Source: Candidatus Saccharimonadia bacterium (GTDB lineage: Bacteria; Patescibacteriota; Saccharimonadia; Saccharimonadales; JALRHH01). Taken from it: a stretch of 64,000 nt of DNA. The stretch spans positions 64,199 to 128,198 of the forward strand of contig JALRHH010000002.1 of assembly GCA_023253175.1 (NCBI GenBank). The letters run 5' to 3'. This document shows, in pieces, positions 8,451-16,568 of this stretch. The notes beneath the pieces were generated by a model. The model was not told where the DNA came from. It worked only from the letters and a program-made list of their open reading frames with translations, and searched no databases. Position numbers and translations under genes: made by a program. The stretch's first letter is position 1; each line of letters begins with the position of its first letter.

Positions 8451-9701
8451 TTAAAGCTGCTTTAATTGTTTAAGTAGCACTTTGCGGCTAACTTGTTTAA
8501 TTCTAGAGACTTCGCTTATTGCAAAAAAGTCAGATGGTTCCGGATTGAAAATCGAAGGTAGACCAACGTGCCCAAACAGATCTTCATTACCATGAAGCTT
8601 CGCTTCGTGAGCAGTATCACTACGAGGCTTATAAGCATCAGCTATTTGTTTTGCCTTTGTTTTAGACTTTGCAACTGTCTCAATCCCAAGGATAAACCTC
8701 TTTTTGTTGCCTGCGTTGCGATTAATCTTTCTGCCTATTGTTTCAATAGAGGATACGAAGGCAAGTAAAGCAAATGAGGGGTGCTGTGCCTCCATAAGAA
8801 GACCTTGATGATACGTATTTATGGCATTAAGCACATGCTCATCAGTATTAATCTTCTTAAACGCATTAGGTAGCCATTTAGGTATAGTCCTCCTATGTCG
8901 CTGCGCCCACATAGCAGGAAAGTGCAGCGGCTGAATACCTATCCCCGTTTTTGGAACTTTGATAGGCTTGGCCCCTTGGGGTTGAGGGGAATGAATGATT
9001 TGCCACGTAGACTTCCATGCGATCGATATTAACGCTACAAGATTATTTAAATCTCTGCTCGCTTCTTTCGAAGCTTCGGTCCAGTCATACCCAGTAGCCG
9101 TACCCGTAATGATAATTGGATACGTCGAATTAAACGAACTGCTGTTAAATCTAGGCGCCGTATTAATGTCAAGCGACGTGTGCAAAGCTCTATTTGGACG
9201 AAGCGTAAGATCACCTATCTTTGATTTAGACTTCAGCGAATAGTGTTCACTTCTGCCAGTTTCCCGGACTTGGCCAATTACTGCCTCCCACTTGAATTGC
9301 TTTGCAAGTTGCTTCTTGAGTTCTAACGTGGCTTTATCGATTACTTCAAGCCACATATCAATTTGAGACTTTGTTATATCTGTTTCAGACTCAAGAACCA
9401 CATAAACACCATTAGGTGTTGTGCCGCCATGCAAGATGAGCAAATATGGTAGATCAATGGTTTTACCTTCATTACCATGGAATGTCATTTTTAAATGCCA
9501 GTATGGAAAATCTTCGTCAGCGGGTTTCGACTGTAATCCGTGGCCATTCATGTCAGGGACGAATTTTTTGAGTTCTTCGGCAACAAAGTTAACCCACCTT
9601 TCGCCTTCCTTTGAGTAATCTACTAGAAGCGATTTGACATAAAGCTGGTGGAAATTACGACTTGCCATTTTTTCTATTTTTAACCTCCTGGTCAACTTCA
9701 T
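8451..9701 (-). CDS. Cassette protein C: unknown N-terminal domain plus HEPN-like C-terminal module (R-x4-H)
   Basis: 416 aa (alternative start ATG 9668, MASRNF). C-terminal PSFALLAFVSSIETIG ... YKPRSDTAHEAKLHG: a hydrophobic helix with Glu, then RSDTAH (nt 8607-8624). No other motif recognised. Confidence 0.5.
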   Translation of the reverse strand: MKLTRRLKIEKMASRNFHQLYVKSLLVDYSKEGERWVNFVAEELKKFVPDMNGHGLQSKPADEDFPYWHLKMTFHGNEGKTIDLPYLLILHGGTTPNGVYVVLESETDITKSQIDMWLEVIDKATLELKKQLAKQFKWEAVIGQVRETGRSEHYSLKSKSKIGDLTLRPNRALHTSLDINTAPRFNSSSFNSTYPIIITGTATGYDWTEASKEASRDLNNLVALISIAWKSTWQIIHSPQPQGAKPIKVPKTGIGIQPLHFPAMWAQRHRRTIPKWLPNAFKKINTDEHVLNAINTYHQGLLMEAQHPSFALLAFVSSIETIGRKINRNAGNKKRFILGIETVAKSKTKAKQIADAYKPRSDTAHEAKLHGNEDLFGHVGLPSIFNPEPSDFFAISEVSRIKQVSRKVLLKQLKQL

Positions 9702-11394
9702 CTAGCTCTTCTTTGAATTTCCCAAGACACCATATGCCACGATCAATATATTTTAGAGACTCTTCAGGCACCTTTTCGGGTTCTGCTAATTTTGCGCTTT
9801 GCTTAGCGATCACTGCATCAACACGGCCTTTAAGTGATGTGAATGCATCTCTTGTGTATGGACCGCCAGGGCCAAACCTATTCTCGAGAGTGCCGCTAAT
9901 GATATAGGCTAGTTTGTCCTGATCAGATAGGATGCTCCGTGCTCTCTCAAATGCTTCATATACCTCCACGTCAAATAAGTGCTTAAAGAATTCCTCTGCA
10001 AATTTAATTGCCGTAGCATGGCTTACAGACCAGCATGTGCCTATATAGATTGAAGCACCGCCAAAAATGAACCTTGCGCTAATGTCGGTCCATGATCCAC
10101 ATGCGTTAACAATAACCATAGGTCTGTAGCCAGAGGCCAGCCCGTGGAAGGCTCCTGCTGAGCCTGCTCCCGATCCAGATCCTAGAGTCAGCTCTCGTCT
10201 TTGCATATCTACAGTTCCGTTCGTTCTACTCGCAGTAGGCAACTTAGCCTCCGACAAAAGCTCCCAGGTCTTGCCTCTTACCTTTGAGTGCATTTCTGTC
10301 CATCCAGGACCGTCTGCTTTTTCGCCGTCCACTTCAATTATTTCGAAAACGCTATATGTAGTCTTATCCGCTGACTCATGTATAAGCACTTCGTGGGAAG
10401 TATCATCCACATTGATCTGGTATACGTTTTCCAATCCCTCGACTTGACCCCCGTGTGTGGCAACATAGAGCACATCATAAGGAATAGTTTCAAGCATTAG
10501 ATCATTAAGTGCAGCATTGTAGGTAGTCATCTTCCTGAAGATACCGCCTGTTTTTAGCAATGCTGCATCAGCCGCTTTGCGTTCTCTTTTAGTGTCAAAA
10601 TCCTTGTCGGTGTTTTGACAAAAAAGCCCAAAAACACCATCTCTTTTTCCTAACGCATAGTTTCCGTCATATATATTTCTGACTATTTGCTGACCAACAT
10701 TAACAATGTATGTATGAACTGCCGGCAGGTCTGGCATACATAGCCCAAGCGGAAGCTCATCGGTTATGTAGACTGCTTGCTCATAGTTATCCCATTTTAT
10801 ATCTGGCAGGAGTTCCCTAAGCATTTCTATCAGTGCATCAATGTCAATTTGCCTAATATCTGCATGGGGCGTACCCGAGATAGCATTTAGCTTTGCTATG
10901 GCTTTCTTCTTTATGTCACTAGGTACATCAATGAGAAAAAAGTCGGCATCATGCGCGATGGCGTAGTTTGCTGCAATGACTGACGTAGGGTCATCAGGAC
11001 GAAATTCGCATATAACCACTTTTTTTGTATTACCTTGGCCCCGCAAATTTCTATGAAGCTCTGGAGCTGCCAGCAAAGTAGGGGTTTGTGCCGGTATTTT
11101 AATCTCCGTGTACTGTCCCAAATCATCACTACTGCTTACATGTTGGAAAGGTATATCTATTATTTCTGCAATCTGCGAAGAAACCTCTTCACTCATGTCA
11201 CCATAAAGCACTAGTTTAGGCTGAAGGCTGTGTATGGCATTTGCAACGCGGATAACTTCGTTATCAGCATCAGGTCGCAGCATCCGAGGCCCTTCTAGTA
11301 CGGGAAAATAAGTACCAGTTTCCGCAAGACCGGATGAAATTGAGGCGGCTAGAGAAGGGTTATCTGTCACTAATACAATTTTGCTGAGCTTCAT
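9655..11394 (-). CDS. Cassette protein B: CHAT / caspase-like cysteine protease with unassigned N-terminal alpha/beta region
   Basis: 579 aa. YDVLYVATHGG (His314, nt 10453-10455), RPMVIVNACGSW (Cys432, nt 10099-10101), then GGASIYIGTCWSVSHATAIKFAEEFFKHLF..AFERARSIL, which matches the CHAT tail consensus as I recall it. Confidence 0.6.
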   Translation of the reverse strand: MKLSKIVLVTDNPSLAASISSGLAETGTYFPVLEGPRMLRPDADNEVIRVANAIHSLQPKLVLYGDMSEEVSSQIAEIIDIPFQHVSSSDDLGQYTEIKIPAQTPTLLAAPELHRNLRGQGNTKKVVICEFRPDDPTSVIAANYAIAHDADFFLIDVPSDIKKKAIAKLNAISGTPHADIRQIDIDALIEMLRELLPDIKWDNYEQAVYITDELPLGLCMPDLPAVHTYIVNVGQQIVRNIYDGNYALGKRDGVFGLFCQNTDKDFDTKRERKAADAALLKTGGIFRKMTTYNAALNDLMLETIPYDVLYVATHGGQVEGLENVYQINVDDTSHEVLIHESADKTTYSVFEIIEVDGEKADGPGWTEMHSKVRGKTWELLSEAKLPTASRTNGTVDMQRRELTLGSGSGAGSAGAFHGLASGYRPMVIVNACGSWTDISARFIFGGASIYIGTCWSVSHATAIKFAEEFFKHLFDVEVYEAFERARSILSDQDKLAYIISGTLENRFGPGGPYTRDAFTSLKGRVDAVIAKQSAKLAEPEKVPEESLKYIDRGIWCLGKFKEELDEVDQEVKNRKNGKS

Positions 11395-11404
11395 GTTATT
11401 AATC

Positions 11405-12403
11405 CTAGAAATCCATCTTAAAGGTAAAGTTTGAGGATGTGATATTGGAGATTGTCTTACTATGTACTTCTATGCCTTTAAGTTCAGGAAATATGAAAGA
11501 ACCGGTGATTTGATTTAGTAGGACGTAGCGACACATCTGCCTCAGTTGTTCGACGAGACTCTCGAGTGAATAGTTCTCAGTGCGGTATTCTTCAATTGCC
11601 CTTTTGGTCGTAAATTCCGTCACACCATCAGCCAATGAGCCTTGACCTATGATCAATGATGGCATCAATCCGTTATGAACGGTATGATTTCTAATTTCTC
11701 TACGAGCAACATCAAAAATAAGTCGATACTGCTTTCTAATAGCCTTATCCTTTATATTTCCAAAAATCAAATTCTTCCAGTCTTGATCCGCATCCCTAAG
11801 TGGGTGGTGAAGGCCCTTTTTACAGACCTCGCAAGTTCCTTTGCAGTATGTTGGCGGTGGGAGCAGAGCTTCCATCGCAGATATAAACATCACAACCTGC
11901 CAATAAGCGGGGTTTATGCTCCTCAGTCGCTTGTTGAAGTCAATATCTATTGCCAGGAGGTAATTTTTCAAAGACACTAGATATTTTTCACCTAAACTAA
12001 GGTAAGTATTATAAATGTCACCGTAATTAACTGTAGGCTCAGGCTCACTGCTTAAATAAACTGCGGGGAGTACGTCATCCGGCTCAAAATTGATTTCGCG
12101 AGGTGTGACTTTAGGGTATTTTTTTGGGTCAAAATCCAATGTATTGAAATCACTAGCTTCATGACCGAATGCTTGGAAGGAGTAAACTGGAAGGCAGCTT
12201 TCAGCAAGTAGTGAGTGGAAATATATCCACTTTCCAATCTTTCCGCTTGAGTCTAGCGACTCTACCTCTATGGATCCACAAAAATGTTCCCTATTCCAGT
12301 CGTCAGAAACCGTAACAGGACTCCCCGGTTTAAGTAGCAGTCCTTCCAGTTGAATTGGCCGCACGGGAACTATGTAGCTAGGAATTTTTCTAACATTACT
12401 CAT
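11405..12403 (-). CDS. Cassette protein A: unknown N-terminal domain plus HEPN-like C-terminal module (RNxxxH) with Cys/His knuckle
   Basis: 332 aa. AAGGAG RBS sits 2 nt upstream of the ATG. AYWQVVMFISAMEALL ... CKGTCEVCKKGLHH ... ARREIRNHTVHNG (RNHTVH at nt 11675-11692). Confidence 0.5.
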   Translation of the reverse strand: MSNVRKIPSYIVPVRPIQLEGLLLKPGSPVTVSDDWNREHFCGSIEVESLDSSGKIGKWIYFHSLLAESCLPVYSFQAFGHEASDFNTLDFDPKKYPKVTPREINFEPDDVLPAVYLSSEPEPTVNYGDIYNTYLSLGEKYLVSLKNYLLAIDIDFNKRLRSINPAYWQVVMFISAMEALLPPPTYCKGTCEVCKKGLHHPLRDADQDWKNLIFGNIKDKAIRKQYRLIFDVARREIRNHTVHNGLMPSLIIGQGSLADGVTEFTTKRAIEEYRTENYSLESLVEQLRQMCRYVLLNQITGSFIFPELKGIEVHSKTISNITSSNFTFKMDF

Positions 12404-12413
12404 AACTCCTTAA

Positions 12414-12887
12414 AGTGTACTGCTTTTACGAAAGGGGTTCTATATTTATACTATCTATAAAGCTTATGGCAAGACCTACCGTAATGACTGGAAGGTCGCC
12501 TTCCCCGAGGGAAAAGCCGTCGTGGAAGTAAAGGGTGTCGGAAAGAGCGCCGCTGAGAAGCATGCTGCCCAACTTGAGAAGTGGGTGGCTTCGGAAATGG
12601 AAGAATCTGGCGAGGCCCCAAAGGGAATCCTAGTCGTAAACACGTGGAGAGAAACCGCACTGGATGAGCGGCCCGCCGAAGACTTTCCGGATCAGATGCT
12701 GAAGTACTCCAAGAGTCGCGGACACTGTCTAGTGTCAGGATTGCAGCTATTTGTAATCCGAGAGGAGGTGGAAGCTAATCCCAACCGCGCTGAGTTCTGG
12801 CGTAAGAAGATCATGAAGACCTCTGGCGTGCTTGCCGGCGCGACGGATTGGCCAAAGTATCTACTCAGAGTTCAGGCAGCCGAGTAG
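12414..12887 (+). pseudogene. 5'-truncated remnant of a PD-(D/E)xK (Mrr/restriction-endonuclease-like) nuclease gene
   Basis: The frame is open from 12414 with no ATG; the ORF track starts at GTG 12522. It reads ..YRNDWKVAFPEGKAVVEVKGVGKSAAEKHAAQLEKWV.., which is D-x12-E-V-K followed by a Q-containing helix. GC is 34/60 at 12541-12600, higher than the flanks. Confidence 0.45.
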
Positions 12888-13084
12888 CGTGGCGTCGGTA
12901 CATCCACCCCTGGCGACTGTTGTCGGAAATACTTGTACCGATGCGCTCGCACCCTAATGCGATTCAAACCCGTCTACAGAGGTGGGCCGAAACGGGGACA
13001 AAGCAAAAGCCGCCTCGGTGTGTACCAATGCGGCCCAATTGGTGCGCTCTCACCCCTGTTTTGGAATGAGAACCATTATCATAT

Positions 13085-13159
13085 TGGTGCGGGTGGAGGG
13101 AGTCTAACCCTCGTCGCCTGCTTGGAAGGCAGGAATAATAAACGTTATACCACACCCGC
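13085..13159 (-). tRNA. Atypical tRNA-Gly (TCC)-like gene
   Basis: 75 nt. Perfect acceptor GCGGGTG/CACCCGC, perfect anticodon stem CCTGC/GCAGG with loop CTTCCAA (TCC), perfect T stem GAGGG/CCCTC, discriminator A, encoded CCA. The D region (GTAT-AACGTTTA-TTAT) is AT-rich with TT where G18G19 are expected. The T loop is TTAGACT (A where C56 is expected). Confidence 0.55.
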
Positions 13160-13400
13160 TTATATCCGAAGACTTGGATATTATACAAGAAGAACGGAGG
13201 AGAGGGAAATTTATTTCATCTCTTTGAGTACTTCGTAGTAAGCGCAGCTATACAAGCGAAACGGAGTAAAGTGAATGTTACTTCAACTTTACGAGTATCG
13301 CGCCGTAACCGAAGGGTATACAAGGTTAACGGAGAAAACAGAAGTTTACTTATGATTTTCGAGTAAACCGCAGTAAGCGCCAGCTCTAACAGATCGATTC
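13160..13400. repeat. Tandem ~67-bp repeat array (about 3.5 units), family also at 21170-21350
   Basis: Anchor tatacaag at 13182, 13249 and 13317 (period 67-68), with degenerate ctctaacag near 13385. Unit is g(c/t)gc(c/a)gtaacc-gaagggtatacaag plus hairpin cggag-aaa-gtgaatgttacttcaacttt. Confidence 0.7.
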
Positions 13401-13444
13401 TGATATAATAAACCGTAAAGATAAGTAAGTTTTGAAGGGTAAAT

Positions 13445-15286
13445 ATGCTGAAGCGTATCAGGCGTTTTTTAAAGGAGTATCGAGAATTTAGTTTTGCGGC
13501 TACCGCTGCAATTATCGGAGCAGGACTTGACCTGGGCGGCCTAGACACGGCAGCGCACTGGGTACTTGCGATTGCAGCAGGTATCGTAGCCATACCCTTG
13601 GCGGTTGATATGGTCAAAACACTGCGGAGCGGACATTTTGGCATCGACGTACTCGCCCTGACCGCTATTGTAACCTCCATTATCCTTGGGGAATACTGGG
13701 CTGCAATCATCATCGTTTTGATGCTAACCGGTGGTGAATCGCTTGAAGATTACGCCGAGAAGCGTGCTAAGAATGAACTTACGAGCCTCCTCGCCCACAG
13801 GCCTAAAAAAGCCCACCTTGTAAAAGGACGCAAAACTACTGATATTCGCGTTTCGACAATTACGGTCGGCGACAAGCTATCAGTACTTCCGGGCGAGGTC
13901 ATTCCTGTTGACGGCATCATCCTAGAGGGCACAACCAGCATTAACGAAGCGACTATTACCGGCGAAAGCGTACCCCTCACGAAAGCCAAGGGTGACGAGG
14001 TACTGAGTGGTGCAATCAACATCGACGGCGTTATTACCATCAAGGCCCTACATACCGCAGCAGACAGTCAGTACGAACAAATCATCAAGCTCGTCCGGAA
14101 TGCCACAAATGGCCAATCTCCTTTTGTACGTCTTGCTGACCGCTATAGCGTGCCATTCACGGCAATCTCATTCATGATCGCCGGCGCAGCTTGGTTTATT
14201 TCCGGTGATGCCATGCGCTTCCTAGAAGTACTTGTCGTTGCAACCCCTTGCCCACTACTACTTGGCGCGCCAATTGCAATCATTTCAGGCATGAGCCGCG
14301 CCTCCAAAAACGGCGTTATCATCAAGACAGGTACTGCGCTTGAGCAGCTTGCAGCAATTGAAACGATTGCCTTTGACAAGACAGGTACTTTAACGCAAGG
14401 CCTTCCGGTGGTAGATAGCGTAAAAACCTACAATAAGTTCACTAAGGAAGAGGTTATTAAGGCAGCGGCAGCGCTTGAGCAAAACTCCAACCACATCCTT
14501 GCGAAAGCTATTACTGATTATGCAGTAAAGCAAAAAATTAAGGTCCAAGGCGCCAAGCAAGTTACCGAACTGGCCGGCCACGGACTCCAAGGCAGAATCA
14601 GCGGCAAAACCGTCTTAGCTGGCCACCGCAATCTTATTGCTGAAGCCAGTATTGAGATCCCAGCAAACATCAAGGCAGAAGACTTCAAGCAAACTGTTAC
14701 CTACGTAGCGATTGGAAATCAACTTGCCGGCATCGTGACATTTACCGATAAAATTAGACACGAGGCCAAGGGTATGTTTAGGCGTCTTCGTAAGGCTGGT
14801 GTCAAGAAGTTCGCGCTTATTACGGGTGACAACGAAGCGACAGCTGTCGCAGTTGCGCAGCAGCTCAATATCACTGATGTATATCCAGACTGCCTCCCTG
14901 GCCAGAAAATGACTGCCATTGAGGAAATGACTGCCCCTGTTGCATTTGTTGGAGATGGTGTTAACGACGCACCTGTGCTGACCACATCAGATGTTGGTAT
15001 TGCACTCGGCGCCCGCGGCTCAACAGCAGCTAGCGAAACCGCAGATGTCGTTATTATGCACGATGATATATCCCGCGTCGCGACCAGTGTCGAAGTGGCA
15101 AAACGAACCATGTTCATTGCCAAGCAAAGTGTTCTTATTGGTATCGTGATTAGCATCGGACTGATGGTTGCGTTTTCTACCGGCAAATTCACCGCGGTCC
15201 AAGGTGCGTTAATCCAGGAGCTTGTTGATGTTATCGTTATCGTCAACGCCCTTCGTGCCCACGGAAGCTTCCGGGCTAAAGCTTAG
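13445..15286 (+). CDS. Heavy-metal (P1B-type) cation-translocating P-type ATPase, no N-terminal metal-binding domain
   Basis: 613 aa. Motifs TGES, transmembrane ATPCPLLLGAP, phosphorylation site DKTGTLT, hinge VGDGVNDAP. Confidence 0.85.
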   Translation: MLKRIRRFLKEYREFSFAATAAIIGAGLDLGGLDTAAHWVLAIAAGIVAIPLAVDMVKTLRSGHFGIDVLALTAIVTSIILGEYWAAIIIVLMLTGGESLEDYAEKRAKNELTSLLAHRPKKAHLVKGRKTTDIRVSTITVGDKLSVLPGEVIPVDGIILEGTTSINEATITGESVPLTKAKGDEVLSGAINIDGVITIKALHTAADSQYEQIIKLVRNATNGQSPFVRLADRYSVPFTAISFMIAGAAWFISGDAMRFLEVLVVATPCPLLLGAPIAIISGMSRASKNGVIIKTGTALEQLAAIETIAFDKTGTLTQGLPVVDSVKTYNKFTKEEVIKAAAALEQNSNHILAKAITDYAVKQKIKVQGAKQVTELAGHGLQGRISGKTVLAGHRNLIAEASIEIPANIKAEDFKQTVTYVAIGNQLAGIVTFTDKIRHEAKGMFRRLRKAGVKKFALITGDNEATAVAVAQQLNITDVYPDCLPGQKMTAIEEMTAPVAFVGDGVNDAPVLTTSDVGIALGARGSTAASETADVVIMHDDISRVATSVEVAKRTMFIAKQSVLIGIVISIGLMVAFSTGKFTAVQGALIQELVDVIVIVNALRAHGSFRAKA

Positions 15287-15957
15287 AATCTATTCAGTAG
15301 CAGTACCGCGACAATCGGTATGAGCAGGTTGTCGCTACCGTACACACCTAGGTTCTCTGCAATCGTAACAAGTCCGGCGGTGAGTACAACAACCCCGAAG
15401 GCCACATCCCCAAGTGCCGCGCCGTGAAGTACTGAGAAAGCTAGAATAATAAAGAAAGCTGCTACAAAAAACGCCGAAGATCCGGCAATTGATTTCTTCT
15501 GGCCAAATACAAGATAGCCATTTTTCTTGCCGTATTTCTTGCCTACCAGTGCGGCAACGGCGTCAGCAACACCAAGTATTAACATTGCTGCGGCAAATTC
15601 CCACTTGGAATCGGCTAAATACGCCAGCGCGACTGCGCTTAGCGGGAAAAAGAATTCCCCATAGGATATTCGGCCAACGTTATATACCTGGCCACAGTAA
15701 CGGATCCAGGCAATACGACTGAAATGTTCAAATAGGTACCTGGCGATAAACATTGAGACCAGAATGAATAGCTCAATACCCACCACAACATCAAGCGGCA
15801 CCAAGAAAGCTAAAACTGCGATACCACTACCATGTAGCACATGGACGAGCTTCCTCAGCTGCTCATTATCTTTGCTATAGCGTCCTATCAACCACTGTCC
15901 AATAAATAAAACTAGTCCAATAACGCCTACAACTGCAGCAATTTTCAGTATCATCAT
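15283..15957 (-). CDS. Polytopic membrane protein, CdsA / dolichol(phytol) kinase-like cytidylyltransferase family
   Basis: 224 aa, multi-TM. LVGKKYGKKNGYLVFGQKKSIAGSSAFFVAAF resembles the G-x-x-x-GK...KS-x-EGS motif of this family. Confidence 0.5.
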   Translation of the reverse strand: MMILKIAAVVGVIGLVLFIGQWLIGRYSKDNEQLRKLVHVLHGSGIAVLAFLVPLDVVVGIELFILVSMFIARYLFEHFSRIAWIRYCGQVYNVGRISYGEFFFPLSAVALAYLADSKWEFAAAMLILGVADAVAALVGKKYGKKNGYLVFGQKKSIAGSSAFFVAAFFIILAFSVLHGAALGDVAFGVVVLTAGLVTIAENLGVYGSDNLLIPIVAVLLLNRF

Positions 15958-16025
15958 TGCCTATTATAATGCACAGCTTAGTAAATTGTGTATTGAGGCA
16001 ATGCTTAGTAACGGCACTGCTGATA

Positions 16026-16322
16026 CTATTTTTTGTCTATCTTTCTGAGTATCTTTTCGCTGACCTTTTTCTCGTCTTTTGATTTCTTTAAATCTTCCTT
16101 AATTTTTCGCTCAAGACGAGCAGACTGAATATTCTCCGCCCTTAATATAAAAAGCGCCAAGAATATCGCTTCAAGACTAACGATAATTGTTAAGAGCGAA
16201 TACTCCGGGTCAAATTTCAGAAATATATTAGAGACAACCCAAAGAGTAAACCACACTACATGGAATAATATAAAAGGGCCAGAACCAAAAATCTCTGCAA
16301 GTTTCTCTGCTATCTTATTCAT
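16026..16322 (-). CDS. DUF1003 family membrane protein
   Basis: AAGGAGGG RBS precedes ATG 16322 (the ORF track start 16358 is less likely). FILFHVVWFTLWVV..FDPEYSLLTIIVSLEAIFLALFIL..N pattern is typical of DUF1003 (recalled). Confidence 0.6.
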   Translation of the reverse strand: MNKIAEKLAEIFGSGPFILFHVVWFTLWVVSNIFLKFDPEYSLLTIIVSLEAIFLALFILRAENIQSARLERKIKEDLKKSKDEKKVSEKILRKIDKK

Positions 16323-16392
16323 ATTCCCTCCTTTGCATATCGTTATCGATGTAGGCATATTAATTATACTCCTCAGTAAAACCCCCTGGCGT

Positions 16393-16568
16393 GGGATAAA
16401 GGACAGGGCACTTCTACGGCTGTGCTCAGAATGAATTCCTGTGCGCAGCCTTGCAGACCGAACCGTTCGACCTTCAATCTTTTGCTATGGCAAAATCTTG
16501 GGTAGAAGGTCCGTATCTTTTAGCTCAGGCAAAGAAAAAACGACTCTCGGAAGAGAATCGTTTTTTCT
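16393..16568. repeat. tRNA-3'-flanking structured element, copy 2 (next to tRNA-Pro)
   Basis: The left edge gggataaaggac (16393-16404) repeats tRNA-Pro acceptor/T-stem DNA at 16575-16586. Block gtgctcagaatgaattcctgtgcgc, outer stem gaccttc/gaaggtc around ttttgc-tatg-gcaaaa, then terminator aaaaaacgactctc-ggaa-gagaatcgtttttt. Confidence 0.6.

Noticed and set aside
12848-13238. Short ORFs (73, 101 and 74 aa) in the GC-richer stretch right of the nuclease remnant
   Set aside because: They have no RBS, overlap each other and the tRNA-Gly-like gene, and their translations are basic and low-complexity. I also looked for RNase P, SRP, tmRNA or 6S hallmarks here and found none beyond the tRNA-like gene.
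13160-13400. CRISPR mini-array (period ~67 bp, about 27-nt conserved core)
   Set aside because: The segments between the cores are homologous to one another and contain the same hairpin, so they are not unique spacers. There are only 2-4 units and no cas genes in the window. The same applies to 21170-21350.
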